Source: Anolis carolinensis
Lineage: Eukaryota
Assembly (NCBI RefSeq): GCF_035594765.1
Contig: NC_085841.1
Coordinates: forward strand, 330,655,402-330,719,401
Direction: 5' to 3'
Length of the DNA stretch: 64,000 nucleotides
Shown here: piece by piece, positions 33,150 through 48,860 of the stretch
How positions within the stretch are numbered: position 1 is the stretch's first letter
How the letters are laid out: the number at the start of each line of letters is the position of its first letter
Translations under genes and position numbers: made by a program
The notes under the pieces: model-generated
Databases searched by the model: none
Seen by the model: the letters and a program-made list of their open reading frames with translations, nothing else
Told to the model about the DNA's origin: nothing

Positions 33150-33315
33150 CTCTAGAGAGTCACATTGTCTGTCCAGTTGATGATGCATTTCCCAAACTCT
33201 CATTTTCCAGGTATTTTGAACTTCAAGTCCCAGAATCACTGATCATTGACCAACGCTGCTGAGGCTTCTGGGATTTGGCTCAAAACACCCGGAGAACCAG
33301 AGTTTAGGAATCACT

Positions 33316-33517
33316 GATCTACACTGTAGACTGAATGCAGTTTGACACCACTTTAACTGCCATGGCTCAGTGCTATGGAATCCTGGAAGTTGTAATTTGG
33401 TGAGGTATGAGAACTCTTTGGCTAACAATCTTGTAAAACTACAACTCCCATGATTCCATAGTATTGAGACATGGAAGTTAAAGGAGTGTCAAATTGCATT
33501 AATTCTACAGTGTGGAT
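33316..33517. mobile_element. Palindromic MITE
   Basis: Long imperfect inverted arms; partial relatives at 29410-29590 and 41255-41382. Confidence 0.7.
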
Positions 33518-34525
33518 AAGGCCTGCACAACCTGTGGCCCTCCAGGTGTTTGGGACTCCCAGCTCTCAGAAGCCCTAGCCAGCTTTTCCAATGATCAGGA
33601 ATTCTGAGAGCTGAAGTCCAAAACATCTGGAAGGACACGGGTTGTGCAGGCCTGGTAAAGATCTACGTTTAGTCCTTACCTTTCTCCATGCCACTCAAAG
33701 TAGTGGTCCTTGGGCGGCTATAAGCCCCATAGACTTTGGCTTACCTGTCCCTGGTAAGTTTGCAGAAAAGAAAGAAACAACCATAGCCATTGGTCACAAA
33801 TATGATGCTGGTTCCTAGAGAAATTGGGGTGAACAATAATAATTGCCCATCTTCAATCATATAAGCAGAAAGTGCTGGTTTTAGGCTGGGGTCCTTTTTC
33901 AGTGCTGGATGGAGATTCCTGGGGTTGAACTTCAAGCATGTTCTCTTCAAGCTAGATTACATCCTTTCTTAAAATAAATGGTCCAGAAAGCAGTTGTGCT
34001 GTGTCAGTAAGAGCTGTGTCAGTGTTTGCAAAGGGAGATTTCTGCCCATAGGTCTTCACATTTCTACATAGGTTTTATCCAAAGGACTTCACGAGGAAAT
34101 GATTGGTTAGTAAACTGTGGTGGGTTTTGGAAGTACTCATACCATTATTATGGAAACCCTAGGGTTCCTGATGGGATCTTGTGCAGTAAAAACCATTTGA
34201 TAAACCGAGCAGCTCCATGATACTGTCCTTATTTATTTTTAAAAGACTGAACAAAATTTCTTCATCTAATAAGTTATCGTTAGGTATAGTCTTACTTCTT
34301 CAATTCCTCATAAGCAAGAAAGTGTTCTTGGAAATATGAGAAAGCAAGAGCACTTCGGTGTCAAGGTAAAGCGTATCTTGTAAAAAAATTGAAATCGTAA
34401 TTTATTTCCCCACCAGAAAATCGTTCAGTAGATAGAGTGGATAGTTTAGATATATATGATACAGATTTGATTTAGTAACATGATGACTGCAGGTTAATTT
34501 TTTATATATGTCTATGTTTTGTTGA

Positions 34526-35197
<672 letters not shown>

Positions 35198-35501
35198 TAA
35201 GATGTCCTCGCCTTTTCTTTTCATTTGATAGAAGAAACTAGTTTTTGGGTTATTGGGGGGTTTTCTTTGACAGAGTTCACCTTTATTTACTTGGCATGAC
35301 ATTGTTTTTGGAAGATAACTCTGTATCCACTGTCGGTGAACTTTTGTGGAAAACTTGTTCTGCAAGATAAGTATAGCAAGAAACAACTAAATCAAGCATG
35401 ATCAGTCTGGCTTGCTTGCTGTTAAAGTGCATCCTCTTCATCACATTGTCTTGTGTGTCATTTCTTCCCCCCCCCCCCCCTAAAAGAGGCTGAGAGAGAG
35501 G

Positions 35502-36309
35502 CAGAGCCGGCCCTAGGTATTTTTCAAGTGTAGGCGAACAAAATTTTGGCGCCCCCCCAAACCAATCACTGAAAAATAAAAGAGTTGGATAAGAGAAAAT
35601 GTTGGTTAATAAGGAAGTATAAAGGAAAAGCCTATAAAACATCAAATTACATTATGATTTTAAAAATTAAGCACCAAAACATCATGTTTTACAACAAATC
35701 AATAGAAAAAGCAGTTCAATACATGGTAATGTTATGTAGGAAATACTATATTTGCAAATTTAGCACTAAACATTGAACAGGGATATAGGGCAGTGTGGAC
35801 TTAGATAACCCAGATAGCCCTCAGTATTAAAAATAACCCCTCTAAAATCAGGACAATAAATAAAGAACAACACTCTGTAAACAGAAGAAATCCAGACAGT
35901 AAACAATCAGGGACAGCTAACTCCTCCCAAAAAAAGATTCTCCCAGGCAAGAAGAAACCAGGCCTTGAAGCCACAGGGCCATTAAATGCTAATCAAGGTG
36001 ATTAATTACAACATTCACACCTGCTTCAAAGAAAAGTTCTTTCTCCCACCCTGGACCTTCTACAGATATATAAACCCCACATACCTAGCTTCCAAGTTCC
36101 TACAGACCTCACAATCTCTGAAGGCCCCAAAGGTGGGCTTGCGTGGTGCGAAGGTGGGTCTGCGCTGGCCGGAAGGCCCAGCGCGGCCGCTGGAAGGCCC
36201 GAAAGAGAAGGAGGTGGAGAGTGGTGCCCTCCTCCCAGGACGATGGTGCCCCCGGGACGATGGCGCCACAGGCAAATGCCTATTTCGCCTTATGGTTGGA
36301 CCGCCTCTG
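35502..36309. mobile_element. Composite non-autonomous hAT-like element carrying MITE and Penelope fragments
   Basis: Imperfect TIRs CAGAGCCGGCCC / GGACCGCCTCTG and perfect 8-bp TSD GAGAGAGG. Confidence 0.75.
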
Positions 36310-36889
36310 GAGAGAGGGAGGAAAATGGCCTTGTTGACTTTTGTCTCTAAATCTGCAAGTTGCCACACTTATCCATGGACAAATTACTTCTAAAAAATAT
36401 AATCCAGGGAAAGACATGCAGAATGAATTCTACAATTGGAGAACTTTTGATGGAACTAAATAGAAAGTTTGCCATGTGATTTCCACTCTGTTGAATCTCA
36501 TCTTTGAGATTAATCTTTAAAACAGGTAGTCTTGGTTCCTGGTGTTGGAATTTGTGGCCTAGGTTACATAGAGCTAATATAGCCAGACTCCCAATTAGGT
36601 GAAGTGCTTATTTCAATATAATGACAAAGTCATTAATTATTTTTAAAAATTTTACACAGGCACATTCTATGTCAACATGCATGTATTTTTCTTTTTCCAT
36701 ATTATCCAATTTATGCCAAATAAATGACATTTTTCCCTCAGAAAACATCATGGGAAAGCAGAGACTTTCAATATTTTGTTGATTGTAAGAGATCAGAGAG
36801 AGTGTGGACAGGAAACTTAGCAATCCTGTCATGAACTTCATTTTAATAAGTTTTACACTAAGGATGGCACTGAGGTCAGGATGTAAGTT

Positions 36890-37210
36890 AGGCAGGTTTT
36901 TAAAAACCTGCCTTAATAGAAACATTTTAGCCTGCCGCCGGAAGAACAGCAGGGAGGGGGCCATTCTGGTCTCCCTAGACAGGGAGTTCCAGAGAAGAGG
37001 GGCAGCCACAGAAAAGGCACTCTCCAAACTGCTTGTGATGGCAGTGCGACTGAGAGAAGGGCCTCTCCTTAGGACCTCAGTGCCTGGGCAGATTTGTACT
37101 GAGAGATACGGCCTGCCAAATAGCTTGGACCTGAGCCATATAGGGCTTTACAGTTCATGATTAGCACTTTGAATTGTGTCTGGAAACAAACTTGCAGTTA
37201 GTGGAGTTGT
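36890..37210 (-). mobile_element. L2 fragment
   Basis: AFSVAAPLLWNSL.RE.R.APSL..FR...K..L peptide on the minus strand. Confidence 0.8.
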
Positions 37211-37741
37211 AGCAAAGGGGGGAGGGGTTCTAGACCATAAAGCAATATATCACATTAAATGATAACTTAGATTTACTGATTTTAAATGGCTGTTACTGAT
37301 TCTGTTGCCTTTTTAGTGAAATAACAGTATTAAGAATTACAGTGAAATAACAGGAAAGTAGTAGAGATTTCTCATTTGGTCTATTACATAGGAAAATACA
37401 TCAAGTTTAAGTGGCACTGATTAGGGGAGAAATATTTCCTACTTAAAAAAAACCTTTTTAGGGTTCTGCATTTCTCCTTCAGAAGTGGAAGAACTCCTTT
37501 TCTGCTAAAAGGAGAAGAGGCAATTTTCACCACTGCCCTCATGTCTCCCATATTATTCATACCCTATGTGTGAGTTTTTTTGGGATACATAAAGTAAAGA
37601 AGGATTGAACAAAGGGCAAAAATTGCCTCATCTCCTTCTTTCAAACAAACATTACTGTGAAATAGGTTCCATTCACAGGAAGCTTGGACCCAGACTTTGG
37701 CACCTAAGTGTTCTTATTTGTGGCTAGTTATCACCCTTGTG

Positions 37742-38075
37742 ATCCCTCGGTGGCACAGCGGGTTAAACCGCTGAGCTGCTGAACCTGCTGACTGAAAGGT
37801 TGGCGGTTCAAATGTGGGGAGCGGGGTGAGCTCCTGCTGTTAGCCCCAGCTTCTGCCAACCTAGCAGTTTGAAAACATGCAAATGTGAGAAGATCAGTAA
37901 GTAACATTCGGGCAGGAAGGTAATGGCGCTTCATGCCGACATACCGGCCACATGACCTTGGAGGTGTCTATGGACAATGCCGGTTCTTAAGCTTACAAAT
38001 GGGGGTAAGCACCAACCCCCAGAGTTGGACACAACTACACCTAATGTCAGGGAAAAAAATTTACCTACTTTTACC
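37742..38075 (+). mobile_element. Sauria SINE, full length
   Basis: tRNA-like head (GGTGGCACAGCGGG; GGTTCAAAT), body and TTTACC tail. Confidence 0.8.
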
Positions 38076-40305
38076 TATCACACTCTAATATGTAGAAATA
38101 GTGGACATTATGATTAAAACGGTTGAAATAAAACCACAGCATTATTTATCACCATGATGAATGTGAATAAGGCCTTGCATTAATAAGCTTCTCAATTTTA
38201 CTTAGAAGTCAGTCGTGTTGGGTTCATTATGACTTATTTCATAGGAAGTGTGTAAACATGGCAGCCCCAAACTTTGTGCTATCTAAAACCGTTATTCAAT
38301 CGTATGTGTTTTATAAAGCTCTCATATTTTAGAATGGACATTTGTAGAATTATGGTCAACTTAATGTTCATAGAAAAAAGTAAAATTATATCTGCGTGAC
38401 TAGAGCCAGCCAAATTAATTCAGCTTCTTTGGGTTTGATTTAGTTGCTAGTGATATAACCTCCTCTTTGTAAAGCTAATTAACTTTCTCTTATACTGCTT
38501 GAGTCTAACTGAAATACCATGCTGAATTTCCCTGTTATCTGATATGTTCCATAGCTTGTTGAATTCTAGGCTGCCAGACCACCCACTTGTTTCCCTCTTT
38601 GTAGCTTACTTCCTTTCCGTTTTGATGGGAATGTATTTGGTGATAGCCTGAAGTGGCATTTGAGAGCCTGGCTGATCTGATGTATTAGAGGTTGCCACCC
38701 AGGAAAGAAAAGAAATCTACTCCTAGAAAGCAAGTGACAGAGACAGAGTGTCCTGGTTCCCCCTCCTCCTTCAGCCCAAGCTGACCTTCTGTAGCCCCTT
38801 GGTGCCTCTTGTTTTCTTATTTTTATAGAAAATCGATACCCTTCCTGACACAAACAATAGCTCAAGAGCAGAACTAAATGGGGGAGAGCTAGGATCTGTC
38901 CATCACCTCTCACTTTAACTCTTCCAAACTATTTAATTATAGGCATGCTTTGCTCCAGGTGTTTGCAACACTGCAGCTGCTAAATGAAGGCCATTTTAGC
39001 CAAAGATTGGGTGATCAATAACACTCTATAGCAGTAACTTGTCGGATCAATAGCATTCATTATTTTGTGGTTAAGGTAAGTAGCCTCCATTGTAACTGGA
39101 GGTCATTAATCAGTGCTTACTGGACTGTATGGTCTATACGAAATGCTGGTGTATTTTCCTGTGTATATAGGCAATGTAAGAACTGTCGTTCTTTGGCATA
39201 AATCTTTGGGTGGAATTGTGATTATAAGATATTTATAATTTGTTTAATTTTATTCTACTTCCTTGTCTTGGGAATTTGAAGTGTTGATGGTACTTCAAAA
39301 GCAAAACATTATAAAAATCTATAGACATCTTAACAGGTTCTCATGAGAGCTAGCTCAAATAAGAAGGCCTTGCCTAGAAGATATCTAGGGGGTATCAGTG
39401 TCCATATATCATGTATTGTTTTCCGTGATTGCAACAAAAGCTGCTTTGAACAGCAGATTGTATGGCATATGAGGCATTCAGTCTTCCATTCCTGTGCAAG
39501 TTTGCATTCCTTGAAGATACTAAAGAGTGATCCCTTTCTACTTGAAACATGACAATTTAAAATTGAGGTAGTAATTTTGTACTGGGACTTGTAGCACCTT
39601 CTGCATGAAAAAGTGAAAGACAACCTAGAGGAATTAATTCAGATTACAAAGCCCACTGTAGAGTTTGGGGTATGTTTAGCTTGTGTTTTTATCAAACTCA
39701 GATGTAATAAGCATTTACATTCTCAATATTACAGACTGTAATAAATAATACAATATGTATATAGAGCCTTAATATTAGTTAGATGGATAGTTTTATGTTG
39801 TGATAGACAAAAGTGTCAAGTAGTCTGGAATTGGCTAAGTAACTAAAATACTTTTAGGTTTTCCAAAATAACTTTCAGTCATAAATAAGTCCCTTGATTA
39901 ATAGGCATTATCCATCCTGTTACAAGGTGTAGTTTAGAGATCTAACACCAGACCTGTGTATACACCTCTACCCTTAGAAACTATGATATGTTGAGCACAG
40001 ATTCACTGTTTTCTTTTGGACAGTCAGGCCAAAAGGAAAATGTCATATGCAGAGCTCTGTCTAGCTTTTAGATGCAGCAACAGATTGATTGTGGACTCTA
40101 TTTTTCTGCAGTTACGGTACAAAATCCTGGTTTTACAAAGTGAAATGGTTATAGTCTGTTGTCCACATTTGTAGCATTAAATGCCTTGCGGAGGATTTTT
40201 ACCCCTTATTTTCTTATAAATGGAAATATGGATCAATCACGTTTATTAACTTTGCATAGGACAGAGGCAGTCTAGATCTCAAAGAAATCTGCTCTTCTGT
40301 TGCTA

Positions 40306-40721
40306 CCCTGTTTCCCCTAAAATAAGACCTCCACAGAAAATAAGACCTAGTAGAAGTTTTGCTGAATTGCTAAATATAAAGCCTCCCCCAAAAGTAAGAC
40401 CTAGCAAAGTTTTTGTTCGTAAGCATGCCCGCCGAACAGAATACCAGAGTGTGAAGGATTGGTAAATGTACATACCATGGATTGTTGTACATGGAAATAA
40501 TGGTAGTAACAAGAAATTCTTGATAGGATTCACAGTTTATCTGGTTATGCTGGTTTGTGATGACAACTACTGTACAGTATATAATGTTCATTTTTTTTGT
40601 TCAACAATAAAAGTGAATTCTTCTTCATAGAAAACTAAGACGTCCCCTGAAAATAAGACCTAGCACATCTTTGGGAGCAAAAATTAATATAAGACACTGT
40701 CTTATTTTCGGGGAAACATGG
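40306..40721. mobile_element. Tc1/pogo-type non-autonomous DNA transposon
   Basis: TIRs CCCTGTTTCCCCTAAAATAAGAC / GTCTTATTTTCGGGGAAACATGG, TA flanks, internal AAAATAAGACCT repeats. Confidence 0.8.
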
Positions 40722-42799
40722 TAATAGAATTGAAATTGTGCTTGTTGTTTCCCTTCAAATTGTTTCTGACTTATGGCAGCCCTGAGGCAAACCTATCACA
40801 GGGATTTCTAGCAGAGGGGGGTTTGCCTTTGCTATCCTCTGTGGTTACTTCTACACTGCCCTATATCCCAGGATCTGATGCCAGATTATCAGCTTATCCT
40901 GGATTATATGGTAGTGGGGACTCATATAATCCAGTTCAAATCAGATAACCTGGGATCAGATCCTGGGATATAAGGACAGTGTTAAATAGGGGCCTGAAGC
41001 TGAGAGAATGGAGCTTGCCCAATGACAGCCAAGGGACATCAATGGCAAGGGGGTATTTGAACTGTGATCTTCAGAGTCATAATTCAGTGCTTATACCACT
41101 ACAGTATATTGGCTCAATTTTATTACCCATCTTTTATTGCCCTTTGTCCCTGGTCCTCACATGGCCAAAAGGGGGGTTGACTTCTGTCTGCATTGATATC
41201 TAGATCAACTTAACTGACAACTGAAATAACATCTGAAACAAAAAGTTATAGTTTTATAAGATCTTTAGCTTTCCCTGCTGGAGTGCTGGTGCCTCACCAA
41301 ACTACAACTCCCAGGATTCCATAGCATTAAGCCATGGCAGTTAAAGTGGTGTCAAACGGAATTAATTCTACAGTGTGGTGCACCCATAGTCACTTTTTTT
41401 CTCTCCTATATGATTTTTGACATCTTTGCCTGATAAAGAAGCTGTCAAAAGACAGAGAGAATGGGATTTGTTTCACATTCAGAAATATGTTTCCGAATGT
41501 GAAACAAAGCAAGCTATTCTGCTGGGAGATGATCCTGGACAGTATGTGGCATGCTGTCAATTGTCTACTTGATGTCTTGGAAATAATTATATAGAGTATC
41601 CAGAAAAATACTGTATGGAGACCAAAATTAGCATGCATTCCAGTAAAAATTAATAGGCAGAGAAATCAATTGAAAGGTATTTAAATTAACTGATATGAAC
41701 CTGTTGTCATCCTACATAAAGTCCCCCCCCCTAAAAGTATATTTTTAAAAAATTATCAGATTATGTCAGTAGTATCTCTTTATTCTAGTTAACTGACCTA
41801 ATATTTGGCTGTTGGTTTCATCAGTAAGAGGAACAAAATGACTGCAAGGTTGAGAAATCCTGTAATGTTGCCTTTGCTCATGAAATTTGTCTCATGTCAT
41901 CACTCATTTCTCATTGCAAACACCCAATCAGTTGTGCTTATTTTCTTCATACTCTAATTATCTTCTAACAGATTGCTAGAGCTAATCCAGGAGAATATAC
42001 TAGCTTTCACAGTAATTATTTTCTTTGAGCGCATCCTGTTTGCTCATTCTTTCATGGTTATACAGGGCCAAAGAACACAGAGATGCTGTCTTCCCACCAT
42101 GACTCTTGTAACATGTTATATTGGAAACTACCCTGATAAACTGCATGGAAACTATAGTTGGTGACTGGGAATAGCTAACTAAGGGCAGTCAATCTGCCCA
42201 CACGGATCTGAACACAATTCAGGGTGCTGGTGATCATCTTTTAACCCTTTAGTTGCTTAAACTACAGAGGGCAATCTCCTTTTGTATGAAATTAAATCCT
42301 ATCATAGTCAACAACATTCAAGCCGCTGTTTTTTGAGTTTTTAAACTGAATAGTAGCTGGTAAATGTATTAAATAAAATATCATATAAATAAATGGCATT
42401 CTGAAAATGGTTGTGCTTCTTATGTGTGCATTTCTTGTGTGGAAATCTGATTTTTTTGTCTCTTCAGTAATAGTGTTTCTTTATCGTTCTTCTAATTTCA
42501 CCACTAAACTTCACATTTAGCTTTGGTATTCAATAATTGAATCCTTCCTTTAGGTTCATTGCATGTCTTCATTACTGATTTTCTTTCAATCTGTGCGCCA
42601 GGGTAGACTTTAGGGTGGCAAGATATTTGTAATTTTAATAGAACTCAAGGATTTACTAGTTGGAGTCTGTTGCAAAAGTATTTTTATCTAGGAATTTGTT
42701 TATTATTTCTGTAGACATTGCTCATAGACCTTGCATGTAAAAACCATTTAAGCAGCACAATCATTATGTGGCTGTTATTGTTAACCAGCTGAGCATTAA

Positions 42800-43278
<479 letters not shown>

Positions 43279-44527
43279 AGGTAACGCAGAATCACGTTCC
43301 GCTCTGCTTTTTATATTTGTATTTAGAATTATATGCAAAAGTAGTTGTCATTGATGGGTCACTATTTCCAAAAAAAGAAGGGATTTGGGAAGGTGCATGC
43401 ATTTTTTTAAAAAAAACTCCAAAATCTGTGTATGCATTGGCTTGTATGCCTTTATCTGACAGCAAAGAATCAGTTTTACTAATTCAAATATTTTTGCAAT
43501 CTCAGGTTCTTACCATTCCAGTTACAAAGATATTTATAAACATTTATAAGGTTTTATAAAGAAATTGAATTCTCATCCATCTGCAATGGGTAAATTCAAT
43601 AGTTACAGCTATTCCCGGATGTAGATAGCTGTATTGTAGCTTCCTACCATGTAGCTGTTAAAAATAAGGAGCCAGTAAGAGAACAAAAAGATGTAGCATT
43701 GCAAGCTCTCTCCCTAAACAGGCAAATCACACCAACAGCATTTTCTTTCCTGTTTAAATATTAAAAATAGCAAGTTCATTCTTGGGAAGGAATTTTTGAA
43801 TTTCTAAAAAAAATGATCAAAATGAATTGAATAAAATTTTCTTCTGGCTTGACTTTTGCAGCAAGAAGATTTTCATCTGCTGGTTAGTTCACCTCTTCTG
43901 CTGTAGATTCTTCTTTTTCCTGCAATTAGAAAGCCCTCACAGTGTTACCCCCCCCCCCCCCCGCTATTTTGCTCAGAGTAACACAAGCAGAGGGTGCTAT
44001 ATCCTCTGCTATTGTATTTTACAATTTCATAAAAACTTACCTTTAAAATTAATTCTTAGTCTTTTGGAACGTGTGTTTTGTCATTTATCTTTTTTTTAAA
44101 AACTGAACAGACAGTTATTCTTTGCCAAAAAGGCTGCCCTGGTTCAAGCCATACCATGATAAGGAGAGAAATATTTAAAATTGTCTCTTAAGACTTTAAA
44201 GACTTTATTAAGTGTGATTTGATGTAAGTATAGTGTGTGGTGGTTAGTCAGTTGTTGTTAAGGACATTTTAAAGTTACCCTTTTTTGGTCTGCTTGTTGT
44301 AATTGCATTAATATGCTGTGCAGTTTTCTAAAAAAATACTATGGACAGTAACTTCACAGTTTGATGGTGTGCTTATGTTGCCAAACTCAAAGGACAAAGT
44401 CACCTTGAAATCCTAGATCAATAATATTCAGACATGATGCAACACATGTAATAGAAAGTTATATTTTCATTCTAACTAGATAAGTAAGTTTGGTGCATCA
44501 AGGAAAAAAAATCACTTTGTCTTTTGA

Positions 44528-44797
<270 letters not shown>

Positions 44798-44949
44798 TGA
44801 CCTAGCTCCAGATATTAGTAGATGTGTGAGTTTTGATAAATCTACACGGGTGAGTTTGTCATAGTGAGTTGTATATAACTTTTCTGAGTGTAAAGCTATC
44901 CCTCACCTAACATATGTAAACATGTTAATGCAGCTTTGCTGCTATTGGT

Positions 44950-45360
44950 TCTTTTCTGGGCACAATTCAAAGTGCTGGTCATGATCTGTACAACCCTAGA
45001 TGATATGTACAACTCTGGCTTAGGACCATCTTGTCTGAAGATATATAAACCTACATATAAACCTGACAGAGTTCTAATATTTACAAGAGATAGCTATCTC
45101 TCGGCTCCACCACCATAATGTGGAAACAAGGGAGGGCCTTCTTTGTAGTTGCGCCCACTCTCTGGAACCTCTTCTTGTGAGATGCTGGGCTGATCCCACT
45201 CCCCCTTTCCTGTTTTTCTTTTGGCAGTAGGCAAAAACCTTTTTGTTTAAACTTTTTTAAAAATCTTTTATTGTGGGGTTTTTTTTTAATTGACTGTCTC
45301 TAGGAGCTGCCTTAGGTCCCACTGTGGGAGAAAAGTGGCATGCAAATGAAATAAATAAAC
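44950..45360 (+). mobile_element. Old L2 3' fragment
   Basis: AQFKVLV...LGP..L peptide, GGGCCTTC...CTCTGGAAC and a degenerate L2 tail. Confidence 0.65.
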
Positions 45361-45600
45361 AACAAATCATGTAGCACCCTATTGTCAGGAGAGGATGTTG
45401 TTTCCCATATGGTTACCTTGTCTTGTGGAATCTTTGGTCATTTTTGTATAGGCAAATGTAATTTGTTCCTTGTACTGCAAGCATACTGGAAGGTTTGACA
45501 AACTGCCTGATCTCTGCAAAATATCAGAATTAACATTGGTAATCACAATCTAGGTTATTGCGCTGCCTTCTATCTAACTGCATCATGGTTTCTGCTGTAA

Positions 45601-45789
<189 letters not shown>

Positions 45790-46539
45790 TGACTGAGGAC
45801 CACTTCATCTCATATGCTAACGCAAAAACTCTTAATTGTAAGTGGACATGGTAAAACTGTTTCTAATGTAATGTTTCATTTCCAAAGGCATTAAAATAGT
45901 GCTAAGTAGGGGTGGATGGCTGAATACCAAAATGTGGTATGGAAAAAGGAACAAAGTTACAGTGCTTTTGGAGGAGTGAAGGATATAAGGGCATCCAAAA
46001 TGAGCAAAGAATGCAGGAAATAGGTTTTTGTAAAACCTAGTAAATCTCTAATGTAGTAGTGCATTTGTTTCTATGTTGTGTGGCTATTAGCTTCAGGGTT
46101 TTTTGAGTTTTGAATTGCATATGTTTCGTGCCATTCCTTCTGGCACTTTTTCTGATAAATCTTGGCCTCCAAAGTCTTAGTAAGGAAAGGAAATGGCCAC
46201 ATGTACTTGTTGGGAAATATACTCTTCCTTTTGCTCACAAGTCTTGTAGAAATTGATAACTCTCTGTATTTTGAGCCATTGGGCACCCATCATGTTTTCA
46301 TCATGTTGAAAGTACTGGAAAGCTTTGCAGTAAGACAACAACTTCAATTAATTGAAAAGTTGGAAGTACTGTATTATTGGTAGTATGTGCCCCAGCAGTT
46401 CAGGAGCCAGTTTTTTTTTCTTTCTTTTCCCCCTTCTTGGCTTTTGTGTTCAACAGCTTCTGTGCGCCTTTTCTCTTTCTTAACTGGCTAAGTTAAAGAG
46501 CTCTGAAATACAGCTTGTGTTATGGTGAATGTAGTGTCT

Positions 46540-46880
46540 TGTTCACAGCGTGCCAAGCCACTGGTAAGGGCCTAAAGCTGTTAGCTTTTTTGAAGGCACC
46601 TCTAATGATCCAAATTGAGAAGAATAATATTTACTTGTTTAATTCATCTTCATCACCTTAAAGGGATCTATGTCATTTGCAATGGAGGTCACTGCTCCCC
46701 CCCCCACCTCCATCCTCTTCTAAATTGTAATAATAAATAATGAGTTTCATTCAAAGCTCCCCGCCAGCGAGCTGCTAATTACCCAAAGTACGGCTTGTAA
46801 TTTACACAGTAATAAACTGTAAATTTAAACATTACGGTGCTTTAAGTTAATAATTTCTCTGCTGTAACAAATAGCCCATC
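46540..46880. promoter_or_regulatory. Candidate intronic conserved non-coding element
   Basis: Unique sequence dense in TAAT/GTAATAAA words with retained CpGs; inference only. Confidence 0.45.
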
Positions 46881-48442
46881 TCTCATCCATGCTACTGCTG
46901 TCTTGTAGATCTTGCATGTGATGTTTTTCAGGATTCTTGGGCACAGACCTACCACTGTTGTTGATCAGATTCCAGTCCTGACTTTGGACGAATTTGTTCT
47001 CTGTTGAATGACCCCAAGCATAGAGCCCAGCACGAAAACCTATGCAACTGTATACAATACAGTGCAATGGTGTATTGTATTGTAAAGCTGTTTTACCTTT
47101 AAGGATATGTCATAACCTCTTTTAGGTATCTTATTCTTTTTTTGCTTTTGTTTATTTATATGAGAGATTATTAGAAACTGCTCAAATTAATATAGGGTTA
47201 GTTATACTAGAAAAGCTTGAAATGCTTAATTAGGAGTTTTGTTGTAAACGTAACATTGTTCTGGATGAATGTTCTTTTCAACCTTGACCCAGAGTTGGGT
47301 TCCTTTATTATTTTTAATGCACAAATGTGAAGGCTAATCAGATTTCTCATGAGATCTTTCCATTTAATTCTGGGTAGGCAGAAGATCCTGATGAACCTGG
47401 GTAGCTGGTGAACTGTCATGTTTCATGTATAAAAACTGTTGTTTTTTTTAAGAAAAGCATTTACTGCCATAATACCCCCACCCCCCCGATCAAACTACAA
47501 TGGGGCTCTGTGTTTTAACAGGGATAAGTTTGCTAGGTGCACAACAGGACATGGCTCTTACACCTAATCATTGTGTAGAAGAGGATATTTCAACAAGTAT
47601 AATTGGTCTTCAATTTCCACAGATTCTGGAGTTTGATTTTTTATAAATCCAAAAACCAAACGTTGATTTTGCCCATTTATATTCATAAAAAGAGGCACTT
47701 TTTATTAATCCACTGTATGTTTACAATGGAACTTGAGCATTCTTGGATTTTGTTATCCACAAGGAATCGGTACGCAGTGGATACCAAGCACCTACTGTAT
47801 ACAATTTTCTCTATCTTTTGCTTGATGTTGATTGTCTCTTCATAGGGTTTTACCCCTTCTGTAACAACCATAGGAGCTCTATCCTCTGGTTTCATCTGGC
47901 AGATCTACCGAGGGTGAACTAGCCTGTTGGAAAAAGTAAAGTTAACACCACCTCACTTGCTGTTAAATGAAATAATTATAAATGGAGGGATTTTGACATA
48001 TTTTGTAGCCTTCCTTTAGTGCTGTATCTAGGTTAATTCTGAGTAACCAAGTGACTTGTTTTAAGCAAGAACTTTTAAAGAAACAGAGCAAAATGGGATC
48101 TTAAATGTTCAGGTCTTTCGGTAATGAACGAAACAGGAAAATGCAAGTAAATAAACATGAAATGTGTTCTAAACAAAAAGATCAAAGTTCTTCGTTATGA
48201 ATCTAAATAAATCACAAATACATTTCTAGCTAGACGTTTTTGGGTAGTAAAAGGTATGCCTATTTATAGAATAAATAGACTGAAAATTTAGGATAAACCG
48301 TATAATAAACCATATAATTCATAACTATCAAAAGCATTTTAGTTGTATTTCACTGTAACAGGACTTAATAACTACATTTAATGTGAACTTGGAATAAAAG
48401 GAGAGCAGTTGGATCCATATTTTTTGACCCTGAAGAACTACC

Positions 48443-48860
48443 TGTGGCGCAAACTGGTGAGCAGCCAGCTGCAGCCAGCTGAGACCAATCACTCTGACCA
48501 AGAGGTCATGAGTTTTAGGCCAGCTCGGAGCCTGCGTTTGTCTTTGTCTTTGTTCTATGTCAAGGCATTGAATGTTTGCCTTATATGTGTAATGTGATCC
48601 GCCCTGAGTCCCCTTCGGGGTGAGAAGGGCGGAATATAAATACTGTAAATAAAAAAATAAAAAATAAAAGTAGCACTGAATTTGGTATAGTTTGGATTAG
48701 TTTAGTTCAGAATCCTGTCTTTGTCTCTGTCTTTGTCTATGCCCCTATGTTCATATGGCATTGAATGTTTGCCGTGTATGTGTACATTGTGATCCTCTCT
48801 GAGTCCCCTTCGGGGTGAGAAGGGCAAAATATAAATACTGCGAATAAATAAATAAATAAA
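48443..48860 (+). mobile_element. Short-form L2-tailed SINE (48443-48669) plus a second 3' fragment (48715-48860)
   Basis: Both end in GAGTCCCCTTCGGGGTGAGAAGGGC...TAAA repeats. Confidence 0.75.

Noticed and set aside
37742-37830. tRNA gene
   Set aside because: SINE head with A/B-box remnants; no full cloverleaf.
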